A DNA stretch of 64,000 nucleotides from a virus. The stretch lies in the IMG/VR virus record IMGVR_UViG_3300008107_000157, positions 1 through 64,000 of that record; one strand, given 5' to 3'. The notes below the pieces were generated by a model that did not search any database, was not told where the DNA came from, and saw only the letters and a list, made by a program, of their open reading frames with translations. Positions 49,333 to 60,700 of the stretch are shown in pieces; within the stretch, counting starts at the first letter, position 1, and every line of letters starts with the position of its first letter. The translations under genes were made by a program, and so were the position numbers.

Positions 49333-52300
49333 ATCCATCTATCTTTTTTATCTCTATCAATCCATCTACGATATCTCTCATTTGTTCTAAGTGAGAAATC
49401 ATCCAAATAAAATCAAATTGAGTTTTTAAATATTGCATCATCATAAATAATGATGATAAGTTGTTTGCATCCAATGTACCAAATCCTTCATCAATTACTA
49501 AGAAGTTTGGACGAGGTAGGTTACATATGTTAATTAGAGCTACTCTAATAGCCAATCCACTTACGAATTTCTCCATACCACTACACATCTCTAAAGGCCA
49601 TTCTTGGTCTTCATAAACAATCTTTGCGTTAATGTTTTTACCATCGATGTCCATTACAATACTAAAATCAACAACCTGTCCTAAGATATTATTGATTTCA
49701 TTTTCAATAACTGGCATTGCTTTAGAAATTAATTCGTATGGAACTCCATCACGCTTAACTGCATCTAAATAATAGGTGTATAGGCGGTTCTTTTCTTCCA
49801 AATCCTTAACTTCATTCATCTTAGATTTAATACCTTCTATAAACGATTCTAATGAAGAAATAGAGCCATTCAATCCAGCTATATCTTTGTTAATAGATTT
49901 GATTTCTAATTCAATCTCACCCTTAGTTCTATTTAACCCATTAATAACGGATTCTATTTGTTTGTTACGTTTAATAGTATCTTCGTTATCGTGATACTTT
50001 TGGATATCGGTATTTACCTGCTCTAATTGAGTATCATATAATTGTTTTTGAGTTTCGAATCCGTTTAATTCAGCAATTGTTTTTTCTTTAATTACAATTG
50101 CTTTTTGATATTTGGATTTTAACTCAACTAATTCATCCCATTGTTCTTCTACATCTGCAATATAAGATGCCTGTTGAATTAATGATTGGTGCTTGTTTCC
50201 TAATTCTTCTAACTTATCTTCTTGCTCTTCTACTTTAGATTTGGTTTCTAATGCATCTTTTACAAACACATTATTCATACAAAACTTACAATTTGGGTCA
50301 TATTCGTGTTGTTCCAAATGTGAAAGTTTTTCTCTATTAGATTCCAAAGATTGTTCTAATAATTGAATCTGATGTTCGGTTTCATTTATCTCACTTTTAT
50401 ATTCATCCCATTCTTTTTTTGCATCTTCAATTGGTTTACCATTTATAATTTTATGTTCTTCAATTGATTGGGATATTTCTGTAATCGATTTAGTATATTC
50501 ATCCAATTTACCATTCTTACTTTTTTCTTCGGAAAGAACGTGTAAAATATCAAATCCAATTTGATTCTTTTTCTTTTCTAATTTTTCTAAATCCAAATTA
50601 GCATCTACTGGCACTAACTCTTTTGTTAATCCCAATATTCTATTAGATAAATCTTCTACATCATTTGTTTTTGTTTCTAATTCTTTTTCTTTACCTCTTA
50701 GTTCTGATTTCTTAGTTTGCTTTTCTAAACCCTTTTCAGCCAACTCTGTCGTAAAGTCGGTTTTCTTAAAATTTTTGATAAGTACCGATACTTCTTTAAT
50801 ATCTTCGGTTGCGGTTTCGTATAATTTATCAAACACATTTAATCCCATAAATTGTGCTAATAAATCTTTTCTTTCCGATTGTGATTTATCAATAAAGATT
50901 GAGTTATTACCTTGTAATGATAATGCGGTCAATACGAAATCTTCATACTTACCAACGTATTGTTCAATTACGGCGTTTGTATCCCTACGTTCCGTACCAT
51001 TTAAAGAAGTTGTAACTCCACCTTCTTCTTTCCAAAATTGTACATCTACTTTAACGTTCTTACCTTTGTTAATAGTTCTAGCAGTTCTTTTGATAAAGAA
51101 ATCCATTCCATTAACTTGGAAGTGTAGCTCACATTCGAAATCAGATTTACGATTATTCATAATGTTTTGAGCTTTGAATGCTCTACTACTCTTATCGTAT
51201 AAACAAAATGAAATAGCATCGAATAAAGAAGATTTACCTGCTGCGTTTGGTGCAAATAATCCCATCAATCCTCCTATCTTTTGGAAATCGATTTTATTCT
51301 TCTCACCATATGAGAACATATTACTGAATGTAAACTTAATAGGTTTCCAATGAATATTTCTATGTACTTCCTCTTGCGTTATTCTACTATTGATATCTCT
51401 ATTGATTACTTCCAATCCATCTAAGTCGGTAGTAGTTGTAAACGGCATCATTCTTTGAACGTAATCTCTTATCAATGTGTTTTGATGATTGATATCAGTT
51501 ACATCTTCAAAATCTAATTTACTTAATCGATTACCAGTCTTTTGCTTATTAAATGAATCGGTTCTGATGATTGTGAAATCTTCAACACCATATCTCATTT
51601 TAATTTCAGTAATTACTTTCTTTGTATCAGCCGTATCCGTATTAGATAAACGAACTCTTAAACGAGGTTTCTTTGGCATATCCATTACAATAGGAACTAC
51701 TCCATTATCAACATCCAATGTATAATATCCATATTCATTTGGAATATCGATTGCTTCGTATTTCATTGAATCCATATCCCAAGCTAAGAATCCGTGTCCA
51801 TTTAAACTTTCACCAAAGTTTTGTTGTACCAATGAACCGGCATAAACTACTTTACATCCGCTTGGTGAAATCATAGTTTGTCTTTTATGGATATCACCTA
51901 ATAAGGCTAAATCATATCCATCAAACATATCGGTAGTGAAATGGCGAGATGATACCACATACCCAACATCGGTTTGGGAATTATCAACAGGTCCATGAAA
52001 CAATGCAATCTTCTTATTACCAAATAGGGTATTAGCTTTTGGCCAATTTGCTTTGTCATCAAAGATACTGAATACACCAAAATCAACATCACCAATAGAA
52101 TATACTTGCGTATCTCTTAGGTATGTAAAATTGGGTAGATTCAATGCATCTACGATAGGAGTAAGTACATCTAATCTATCGGAGTTATTCATATTACAAT
52201 CGTGATTACCTGTAATAAGGATTGTTTCACAATGTTTAGAACATTCCGTAAATAGCCAACTTATCTCTCTAACCAATTCAGGAGATAATTCCAATTTAGC

Positions 52301-52459
52301 ATGCGCAATATCACCTGCTAAATAAATGAGTGAATTTTCCGTACCTCTTTTACGGATTTCTTCAAACATCTTTTCAAACACTTGTCTATACTCTTTGTGT
52401 CTTTGTACGTTGCGAATGTGTACATCCGCAATATGATAGATTGTTTTTAATCTTTTCAT
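49313..52459 (-). CDS. Fused SbcD-SbcC (Mre11-Rad50, gp47-gp46-like) nuclease/ATPase
   Basis: ADVH, AGD, GNHD and GDIH phosphoesterase motifs; APNAAGKSS Walker A; CKFC zinc hook; SGME signature; IDEGFG; ISH. Confidence 0.93.
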   Translation of the reverse strand: MKRLKTIYHIADVHIRNVQRHKEYRQVFEKMFEEIRKRGTENSLIYLAGDIAHAKLELSPELVREISWLFTECSKHCETILITGNHDCNMNNSDRLDVLTPIVDALNLPNFTYLRDTQVYSIGDVDFGVFSIFDDKANWPKANTLFGNKKIALFHGPVDNSQTDVGYVVSSRHFTTDMFDGYDLALLGDIHKRQTMISPSGCKVVYAGSLVQQNFGESLNGHGFLAWDMDSMKYEAIDIPNEYGYYTLDVDNGVVPIVMDMPKKPRLRVRLSNTDTADTKKVITEIKMRYGVEDFTIIRTDSFNKQKTGNRLSKLDFEDVTDINHQNTLIRDYVQRMMPFTTTTDLDGLEVINRDINSRITQEEVHRNIHWKPIKFTFSNMFSYGEKNKIDFQKIGGLMGLFAPNAAGKSSLFDAISFCLYDKSSRAFKAQNIMNNRKSDFECELHFQVNGMDFFIKRTARTINKGKNVKVDVQFWKEEGGVTTSLNGTERRDTNAVIEQYVGKYEDFVLTALSLQGNNSIFIDKSQSERKDLLAQFMGLNVFDKLYETATEDIKEVSVLIKNFKKTDFTTELAEKGLEKQTKKSELRGKEKELETKTNDVEDLSNRILGLTKELVPVDANLDLEKLEKKKNQIGFDILHVLSEEKSKNGKLDEYTKSITEISQSIEEHKIINGKPIEDAKKEWDEYKSEINETEHQIQLLEQSLESNREKLSHLEQHEYDPNCKFCMNNVFVKDALETKSKVEEQEDKLEELGNKHQSLIQQASYIADVEEQWDELVELKSKYQKAIVIKEKTIAELNGFETQKQLYDTQLEQVNTDIQKYHDNEDTIKRNKQIESVINGLNRTKGEIELEIKSINKDIAGLNGSISSLESFIEGIKSKMNEVKDLEEKNRLYTYYLDAVKRDGVPYELISKAMPVIENEINNILGQVVDFSIVMDIDGKNINAKIVYEDQEWPLEMCSGMEKFVSGLAIRVALINICNLPRPNFLVIDEGFGTLDANNLSSLFMMMQYLKTQFDFIWMISHLEQMRDIVDGLIEIKKIDGFSKIDF

Positions 52460-52464
52460 ATTTT

Positions 52465-53076
52465 TTATATTAAATTTTGTATATTTTTTTCTTTATAAAA
52501 TTCTCTACCATTAAATGTAGTATATTTTAATTCATAATCACCATATTTAAAATAAGAATTTTTATATGGGAGAGATTCATATTCCGTTTCCGATAAGTTA
52601 TATCTAATAGCATTAAATATGCCATCCACCATTGGTGTCTGAAAAAATGCAACTATTGTTCCTTTTTTACAATTAGGTTTTACATAATCTAAAAATTTAG
52701 GAATATTTGAATCCAAATGCGTATCGTGTAAAACTCCATCAAATTTATCATTTAACGTTGGTAAAATATCAATCCAATCGCCTAAAAGTATTTTAGTATT
52801 TGGTTTATCTTTACACCATTCTAATGCGTTTTGATATATTTCGGGATGAACTTCTATAATTGTGTGCGATGTTACATTTGGGTTGGATTGTATTTCATCA
52901 GCTGATAAATGCATTCCAAATCCTATTTCTAAAATATCCCCACCATTTTTAGTAACTATATTTGCTAGTTTTTGCATTAATGATAATTCACCTATATGCA
53001 TAACTCTATCGCCATTTGTACAATCATCCATCATAATTTCATCTGATGATACAATTATTTTTTCTTTTCCATTCAT
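52465..53076 (-). CDS. SAM-dependent methyltransferase, GAMT/Rmt2-like
   Basis: ILEIGFGM, HTIIEVHP, GDW and FDGVLHDT motifs. Confidence 0.78.
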   Translation of the reverse strand: MNGKEKIIVSSDEIMMDDCTNGDRVMHIGELSLMQKLANIVTKNGGDILEIGFGMHLSADEIQSNPNVTSHTIIEVHPEIYQNALEWCKDKPNTKILLGDWIDILPTLNDKFDGVLHDTHLDSNIPKFLDYVKPNCKKGTIVAFFQTPMVDGIFNAIRYNLSETEYESLPYKNSYFKYGDYELKYTTFNGREFYKEKNIQNLI

Positions 53077-53852
53077 AATGAGTTTATTTTACTTATTAAT
53101 AAATCTTCGGATGAAAACTCTTTAGTTTTCTTTAGTTCTTCATAAAAACTTTCATAACCCATTTCAGATGCATCTTTATCTTTAAGATACATCATTTTTA
53201 CATTGATTCCATTTTTTCTAAAATAATCGGCTGCTTTAAGTGCTTCGTTGATTGCATCGTTATCTAATGAAATTACAATATCACTAACCCCACTCATAAA
53301 GATTTTCTCAACCAATTGTTTGGATGGAAACTTACCTAAAAGTTAATTTAGTGAACCATCGGAATTATATGATGGGATAATTACTCTGCGTGAGTACAAT
53401 CCTTCTTTGCAATAACCAATATTATGTTTAATAATATCTTTTACATTAATACCTCTTTGATTTAAATAATGAATAGCATGTTTGTATTCAGGATTAAATC
53501 CTTTTGGTTCTTCTGCTAAACTAATAAATTCTTTTGGAAGTTGAATGAATACTTTTGTTTCAGCATCTTCTTGCTGTGGCGTCCAATTACTATCACCATA
53601 GATTTCTCTAATAAGAGATATAGTTTTTCTATCTACATCTAATTTACGAAGTAAAGATGTTAATTTCTTACCACCACTATTGCAAGTCCAACAATGCCAC
53701 TTTTGAGTTTCCGTATTAACTTGTAGTTTTTGTTTGTGGTGATTACAAAATGGACAATAAAATGCCAACTCATTCCCTTTAAGAGTGAGGTGACTACCCA
53801 ATACATTAGTAAGGGCAGTAATTACCTTATTTTTATCATTGCTACTTAACAC
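53073..53852 (-). pseudogene. DNA primase (zinc finger plus TOPRIM) interrupted by an in-frame TAA and an apparent internal deletion
   Basis: CPFC..H...WHCWTC zinc finger, YLNQRGI and RVIIP, then SLN*LLGKFPS and LDNDA..KDAS; the EG..D TOPRIM segment is absent. Confidence 0.8.
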
Positions 53853-53856
53853 AAAC

Positions 53857-53888
53857 CAAATATACGACAAATATTTGAAATTACCAAA
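53857..53888 (-). promoter_or_regulatory. Bacteroidota sigma-A consensus promoter TTTG-N20-TATATTTG
   Basis: Matches the -33 TTTG and -7 TAnnTTTG consensus with a 20-nt spacer, directly upstream of primase. Confidence 0.7.
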
Positions 53889-53891
53889 TTT

Positions 53892-54308
53892 TTATGGTTC
53901 TAAAAACCATTCTTCTGGTATTTCTTTATCTGCGTATTTGTAACCATTCTTTTCACACCACATTCCGTAGGTGGTTTTAGAATTTTTGGTGATTTTGTTC
54001 TTTGAATTGGAGAATACGAAACGAATATCCAAATTTGGATGTTGTTCCTTTACCAAAAGATGCTTTTTACGGTCTGCTGCAACAAACCTACCTTTGGTTT
54101 CGATTATGATTCCATTTGGTAACCTAAAATCAGGATTGTAAGTATGTTGAGAAGCAGGTATAATATAAGCCACCTTTTCGGACTCATATTTAACCTCAAT
54201 TCCCTTACCTGCGATTTGATTGGAAATATTTTCTTCAAGACCGGATTTGAATCCATACTTTTTAGCAACCCATTTAGGGTTGGACTTTTTTGTAACTTTT
54301 TTTGGCAT
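53892..54308 (-). CDS. Phage endonuclease I (T7 gp3-like Holliday junction resolvase)
   Basis: FKSGLEE, YNPDF.LPNGIIIETKGRF, DRKKHL and DIRFVF motifs. Confidence 0.92.
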   Translation of the reverse strand: MPKKVTKKSNPKWVAKKYGFKSGLEENISNQIAGKGIEVKYESEKVAYIIPASQHTYNPDFRLPNGIIIETKGRFVAADRKKHLLVKEQHPNLDIRFVFSNSKNKITKNSKTTYGMWCEKNGYKYADKEIPEEWFLEP

Positions 54309-54315
54309 TAAATTA

Positions 54316-54528
54316 TTATTTCTTTACTGAATCCGAATATTTCGGAGAAGAAGTTACTTCACCACCTCTACCTGTTTTGAATTTTGCAGCAGTTAACACT
54401 TGGTCATCTACTTTTTTCAAATCGTCTGTAGTGTATGGAGTTTTTGCAGCAACACCTGCTTCGAATCCAATTTTATCAACACCTAAAGATGCTTGAGATG
54501 ATTTGTATAAATCTAAAATCTTTGACAT
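54316..54528 (-). CDS. Small hypothetical protein, probably virion-associated
   Basis: 70 aa; ATATTTAT motif at 54546-54553 upstream. Confidence 0.6.
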   Translation of the reverse strand: MSKILDLYKSSQASLGVDKIGFEAGVAAKTPYTTDDLKKVDDQVLTAAKFKTGRGGEVTSSPKYSDSVKK

Positions 54529-54556
54529 AGTTTCTATTGTTTAATATAAATATAAG

Positions 54557-55759
54557 TTAAGTATCAAAACGTACAATAAAGTTTACAGGTAATTCCGGGT
54601 CTGATTTAATTGCTTGTGGAAGTTTAGCCACAGCTACTAAATCACAATTATCATCATATAAACCTATTGTTGTTATAAATGGTGCTAAGAATGAGCCTGT
54701 TGAATCTACCGAACCACTTGCTTCCCAATGTTCAAATCCAGCTTTAGCGCTTCCCGTAGTACCACTAAATCTATAATCTAAAACATCTCCGTTTTCTAAT
54801 ACGGATTTTTTACGAATATATTTAACGCCTGGGGTTGTAGTTGTTTTATATATTTTACCATCGGAGCCTGTTATATATTCTTGCACTTTTCCTACTTCTA
54901 CTACGGCTGATGGGTTTTGTGAAATATTAAATTCATCTGGTTGAACTATTAATAAGAATTCGTTTTCATAAATAGTTTCGGTTGATTTATAATCTAAAGT
55001 CCAACCACTATTTAATCTATTTGCCGCATCTCTTGTTAATACTATTAAACCTTGTGTATAGAATACGTTACCTATTTTTATACCCTGCGCTGCTTCTGGT
55101 AAGAATGGTAAATCATCTGCAATTAATACACCGGATTGTACATCGTATGATATCAATTGTTGGAAGTATGTATCACCTTGATATATAATTTCTATTTCTT
55201 CATTTTGAATATCAACGAATACAGTTGTTGGATATGGAGATGAAGCACTATATTGAGTATTAATATAATCTACAAAATTTACTTCATTTGTTTGATTATC
55301 TATTAATGATACAACTACACTATCTCTCGGGTCTTGTATATTACCATACCCATCATCAACATAAGTTGCGGATGAATCTATTAATGTAACAGAAAACTTT
55401 TTTATACCTTCACCAACTGCTATTTGTGGAATGCTGATTACTTTTGCGTAATCTTCAAAATATCTTTCTTTTGCTAATGTAGCAGTTTCATAATAATTTC
55501 TTTTAGAACCAAATCTTATAAATGGATTATCTTCATTTCCATTATAAAATTGAGCTCTAAGTTGACCATAAAGCCCCAATTTACTATAAGATGAACCACT
55601 TAAACTTCCGGTTGTGATTATATTAGAAGATAATGATTCATAGTTGCCGGCTTCTGCTTCCAATACGGCTATTTCTGGAGAACCACTAATAAAGCTCCAT
55701 TCTTTATAAGCCTTAAAAGGTCTTATACTAATATCTGATTTTGGTATTCTTTTTAACAT
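54557..55759 (-). CDS. Virion structural protein (baseplate/tail-associated)
   Basis: C-terminal FITTIGLYDD..DLVAVAKL is shared with the upstream paralog; ATATTTAT at 55767-55774. Confidence 0.65.
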   Translation of the reverse strand: MLKRIPKSDISIRPFKAYKEWSFISGSPEIAVLEAEAGNYESLSSNIITTGSLSGSSYSKLGLYGQLRAQFYNGNEDNPFIRFGSKRNYYETATLAKERYFEDYAKVISIPQIAVGEGIKKFSVTLIDSSATYVDDGYGNIQDPRDSVVVSLIDNQTNEVNFVDYINTQYSASSPYPTTVFVDIQNEEIEIIYQGDTYFQQLISYDVQSGVLIADDLPFLPEAAQGIKIGNVFYTQGLIVLTRDAANRLNSGWTLDYKSTETIYENEFLLIVQPDEFNISQNPSAVVEVGKVQEYITGSDGKIYKTTTTPGVKYIRKKSVLENGDVLDYRFSGTTGSAKAGFEHWEASGSVDSTGSFLAPFITTIGLYDDNCDLVAVAKLPQAIKSDPELPVNFIVRFDT

Positions 55760-55784
55760 ATCACATATAAATATCTTTGAAACT

Positions 55785-55810
55785 AAAAACCCAACTTTTT
55801 GGAGTTGGGT
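55785..55810 (-). terminator. Intrinsic terminator
   Basis: Minus strand ACCCAACT-ccaaaa-AGTTGGGT followed by TTTT, about 40 nt after the stop at 55852. Confidence 0.75.
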
Positions 55811-55851
55811 CTAGCCTATACATTGATAGTTCGGTATAAGTTACTCTCTGA

Positions 55852-57066
55852 TTAAAAGTCTAATTTAACCTTAATTGCAACTTCCTTATCAAATGATTTT
55901 TCAATTGGTTTAGATACTTTTGCAACTGCTAATAATTCGTTAGCATCATCGTAAAGACCTACGGTAGTAATGTACACTTTAGGGTCTCTTTCAAAAGTAG
56001 GTTGAACAAATTGACCAGTTGAGCCGGTTACAAATGTTGGGTTGTTTGAGAAATTGAATTCTCTATTGTTAGCTCTTACGAAATAATGTGAAGTAGAAAC
56101 GTTTTCAGTTCTACGAGCTTGGAAATCTTCTCCTTTTTTCAATGCAGCAAATAAATTGTGCATATTAGTTACGTTACTATATGTGTTAGCTGCTGATGCT
56201 GAAACAAATGTTGTTCCAACTCCTGCTCTAACAGCCGAAGGGTTTAAAATGATAACACCTGCATCTGGGTAAAATAATCCCCATCCTAATCCGTTTGATG
56301 CCGTTACTGAATTGATTGTACCTTCGTTGCCAGTACCGATGTTCAATGCACCACTAACCATATTAAATACTCTACCGCTTGAACCAACAGTTTCAGTTTG
56401 ACCTGAATCATCGATTAGGGTTATCAATCCTGTTGAACCCGATAAATCGATTTGGATATTACCTGGGTCTAATTTTTCTTTGTATCTAGCTCTATTAATG
56501 TTTAATGCGTAGAAATGCTCTAAGTCGTGTCCACCTTCGGTAGAACCGTTATAAACACTAAAGTATGTATCACCACCATCTAATAATAAGTTTCTCATTT
56601 GAGAATAGATAGCTTTGGTTGCTAAAGTTGAGCTATCAGTTTGTGATAATGTTGGTACACCACCTCCACTAATATGTGCATATGCAATAGAAAACTGAAC
56701 TTCAGCTGATGCTGATGTATAGTGTTCGTTGTAAACATCTAAGTAATATTTACCACTTACCGATGAACTTTGCTCCGATGATGAATAGAATGCGGTTAAA
56801 GAACCTGCATCACTACTCCAAATACCAGAAGTTACAACTTCAGTTCTATTTGTTACTTTATCAATAGCACCAAACTTTTTGTAAATACCATTTGTTACGG
56901 TAGTTACATCGGCACTAATTTGTTCACCTTGTCCTAAGAATTGGTTTACGATGTTTACTAATTCGTTTGTATCAACGGGAGTTCCTGCGGTGTTAGCTGC
57001 ACCTGCTAAGTATTGTGATAAATTACTTGCTAAAAGGGCTCCTCTATTGTCTCTTATTACTGCCAT
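55852..57066 (-). CDS. Virion structural protein (baseplate/tail-associated)
   Basis: YITTVGLYDDANELLAVAK C-terminus; Ser/Thr/Gly-rich. Confidence 0.65.
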   Translation of the reverse strand: MAVIRDNRGALLASNLSQYLAGAANTAGTPVDTNELVNIVNQFLGQGEQISADVTTVTNGIYKKFGAIDKVTNRTEVVTSGIWSSDAGSLTAFYSSSEQSSSVSGKYYLDVYNEHYTSASAEVQFSIAYAHISGGGVPTLSQTDSSTLATKAIYSQMRNLLLDGGDTYFSVYNGSTEGGHDLEHFYALNINRARYKEKLDPGNIQIDLSGSTGLITLIDDSGQTETVGSSGRVFNMVSGALNIGTGNEGTINSVTASNGLGWGLFYPDAGVIILNPSAVRAGVGTTFVSASAANTYSNVTNMHNLFAALKKGEDFQARRTENVSTSHYFVRANNREFNFSNNPTFVTGSTGQFVQPTFERDPKVYITTVGLYDDANELLAVAKVSKPIEKSFDKEVAIKVKLDF

Positions 57067-57074
57067 AGTTTATA

Positions 57075-57698
57075 TTATTGAACGTAAGTTACTGTCACTG
57101 GAATTGTTTGTGAACCACCCGTTTCGTTACCATAAACAGTTATAGTTGTTTTGATAGTCGAAGTTAAAGATGGGTTTGGAATAAATTTGAAAGTTAATCC
57201 CTTTGCAACTGCTGCAGTTGCTGATACATCATCACCAATAAAAATAGGTACAGTACCAACATCTGCTGTTACACCTTCACCTACAATATCACCAGCGTTT
57301 TTATTTGATAATACAATTGTATATCCTAATCTTCTATTTCCGGCAGGAGATGTAGTTGGAGATAATGAAACCTCACCACTTCTTTGATTAACTGCTACGT
57401 TAGGAACACCAAATTCTACAACTGGGATTCTTGTAGTATTTTTTGGAAGTGTTACAATTTTGTATTTCATCACCTGAGTCTCATCAGGAGATGCTTCTAA
57501 TACAGGCATATTTTTGATTGCTGCGTCATAATAAGCCGAACCCAATGGGTGTGCTGGCTCATATAAAGAGTAATCAATTTCATCGTCTGCTAAAGCAAAT
57601 TGGGTAATATTTAAACCCAAACCTGCTGCTAATTTTTCTCTACCTTTTTTAGTAAGAATTGCATCAACTGTCAATTCATTATTACTTAAATATCCCAT
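57075..57698 (-). CDS. Virion structural protein (baseplate/tail-associated)
   Basis: DAILTKKGREKLA..ITQFALADDEIDY resembles tail-fibre attachment N-termini; tandem ATATTTAT at 57721-57734. Confidence 0.65.
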   Translation of the reverse strand: MGYLSNNELTVDAILTKKGREKLAAGLGLNITQFALADDEIDYSLYEPAHPLGSAYYDAAIKNMPVLEASPDETQVMKYKIVTLPKNTTRIPVVEFGVPNVAVNQRSGEVSLSPTTSPAGNRRLGYTIVLSNKNAGDIVGEGVTADVGTVPIFIGDDVSATAAVAKGLTFKFIPNPSLTSTIKTTITVYGNETGGSQTIPVTVTYVQ

Positions 57699-57746
57699 AG
57701 TTTTTTAATTATCTTTGTTTATAAATATAAATATTTTAAAATTCCG

Positions 57747-60700
57747 TTATTCCACTTCTAATATTGGTTCACTTGCATCTCTACCTGCTTTGTTTACTCT
57801 TAATGTGTTTGGATTTGTTAAGAATGTTTCAACAGGCGGTGTACCATCTAATGTAGTTGCTGCAGTATTTTTTGAACCCTTATAGAATGAATTTTGTAAT
57901 CCTCTTGTCAAATCCGTTGTGTTTCTATAATGTGTTGGCAAGTATCCATTTAATGGAATTACTTTTACATTTGCATTTGATGATGTTAATGCGGATGAGC
58001 CAGAAAATGGTTGTATATTTAATTTTGTTTCAACATAAGTATCAGTTCCAACTTTATTATAAAGTCCACTAACACCCACACTTCCTGTTAAATATACATA
58101 TTCTCTCGTTTTAGTTTCTTTTATTAATTGTACCCTAACTCTTTCCTTTTTAAGATTACCATCTTTATCATAGTAAGTTCTTATAGCAGAACCACTTTGT
58201 GCATAAATACCAAATCCTAATGTTTCATAATCATTTTGTCCAACAACAACGTTGCCATTTATTAATTCAACTTCGGTTAATATGGTTGGTACATCAAATA
58301 TAGAATCTATACTTGCCGTATATTGATATGAATTACCTTCTAATAGTGAAAATTCTTTTGCATCTATTGTAGATGTATATTGATATGATTCTCCATTTAA
58401 AATTGCTGCTGATGCTGAATCCAAAGTTGCATCATATTGATTGTTTTCACCAACTAATGAATATTCACTTTCAGTATCTAAAACAACATCGTATTGTATG
58501 TGTTCCGCTGATAATAATTCATTTCCATATTTTATTACCGATTCATAATCATTATGTTCACCAACTGGTTTTGAATGTTGGTGTTTGCTTCTTTCTAAAA
58601 TGTGTGGTTCAATTAAAAGACCTGTACTAGCTTTAACTCTAGCCGGCAACATCTTCTTAATATCTTCAAACATAGATTTCTCATATAGTTTGATTAAGTT
58701 GATGTATGCGTAGATATCTCTACCATCAAATCTCTGGAAGTAATAGTGTCTTAATTTATCTAAACTCTTATAAGTATCTTTATATCTATCAGATGGGTCA
58801 CCGATATAGTTATCTAAGTTAATTCCACCAAACGATTTAGCAATATCAATATTCAACTCTTTTGTAGGAGAGAAGAATAAACCAATTCTGTTAGAATCAG
58901 TTGGAGATTGGTCAAATGCTTTTTTAGTAGAACGAGTCTTTGATGATAAATCGGAAACTAATGTTTGCTCTTCAAATCTAACTTTGTTTGTAGAGTATCT
59001 TGTAGAACCCATATCAGGAACTTCTAACACAACACTTCTATCTATTGCTTCAAAGTTAAAAGGATAAGAACCACTATTCGGAAAATTATGTGCACTTGCC
59101 GAATATGAAGCTGATGGGTTTAGTGAATATAATTCAGTCGCACTTCCACTTTCATAACTTACTCTATCGGCACTACCACTAAAATAAATATTTGTATCTA
59201 CGTTTGGTATGGATTGATATTGAGATAAGTTCTTTGGATATTCAAAGTCTAAACGGAAATGTAAATCATCAGTTGAAGATGAGATATGGTTACCATTAAT
59301 CATTTCGGGAAATGAAACGTGCTCATAGAATCTTTCTTTATCTAATGGTGTAGACCATAATCTGAATTCATCAGCCGTTCCTACGAAATCATTACCAAAT
59401 GTTATATTAGACCCATTATTCCAATTTGAATTTGTTCCTAAAACACTTATAGTGTTTGATTCTTCAAATATTGTTCTATCTTTATCAGCCTGTCTTACAT
59501 TTAATTCAAAATTATGATAGCTTGAACTAATTTCTCTACTAACTTCTATACCAAAAAATCTACCATTAAATAATGGTAATAAAGATGATGATATAGCGTT
59601 TGAGCCAGAGTAATTAAATATAACTCTACCATAGTTTTGATTTGCAGAACCACTTATATGTACACCCCAACCACTACCCGATATAACATTATAGTTATCT
59701 GCTTCGGATGGTTTTACAAAAAACTCTATTGTATCAGGTTTTCTATTTTCGTTTGTATCAAACCAATCTATTGATAGGTAAGAGCCACTAATCATTTTTA
59801 AACCATAAGTAAGATTATCAAATACTAATTTAGATTTTGTAACTTCACTAACTTCTGGTCCACCAAATTCTAAAATTGAAAGGTTTGATGATGGGATACC
59901 ATAACAACTTAATAGTGCATAAATACCTCTACGAGTACCTTTATGTTTTAAAAGATATGGTAAATTGTTTACAATTCTTCTCCAAACTTCGTATGTTCTT
60001 TGTTTAGCAGGATTTTCATTTTTAATATTACCATCTACATCTATACCAAATGTATATTCCCAAAGTTTAGAATCTGCTGCAAGATTTTTTGCATCCCAAT
60101 TGAATGATTTAAGAATATCAAATAATAGTTTATCTGATATTCCATCTTTTGCTTTGTATCCTAATCCTCTACTTTTTTCAATTGCTTTAGTATGGTAGTA
60201 GATGTTATCAAAGTGTTGACCAACCATTGTAAAGAATAAAATAAATTGGTCATTGTTTTCATTATTTACAATGTATTCCGGTATGTTATTTAAAACGTAG
60301 TTTGGATTCTCAATATCAAAATCTTCTGCTAATTCTATAATATTATCATACCAACCTGTATTAAAAATGTTTGTTATAATATGCGATGTGCTTGATATCC
60401 TATCACCATTATTATCATATGGCCATGTTATAGAGCTTCCCGTATTATTTGTATATAATGAAGATGATGTATATAAAAACTTTTCAAAACCATCGAATCC
60501 AGCTATTAACGTATCTTTTTTAGATTGCTGTCTATTAACTTCTTGTATTGATGCAATAGAGCCGGTATATGAACCAGATGGTCCATTAGTATAGTTTGTA
60601 GAAGCTGATAGTATTAAATTATCGTAAGCTTCAATCAATTGAACTTTATAAACAAAGTTATCTACTCTTTCTTTAGCAGAACTAAAATGTACAAAGTTAC

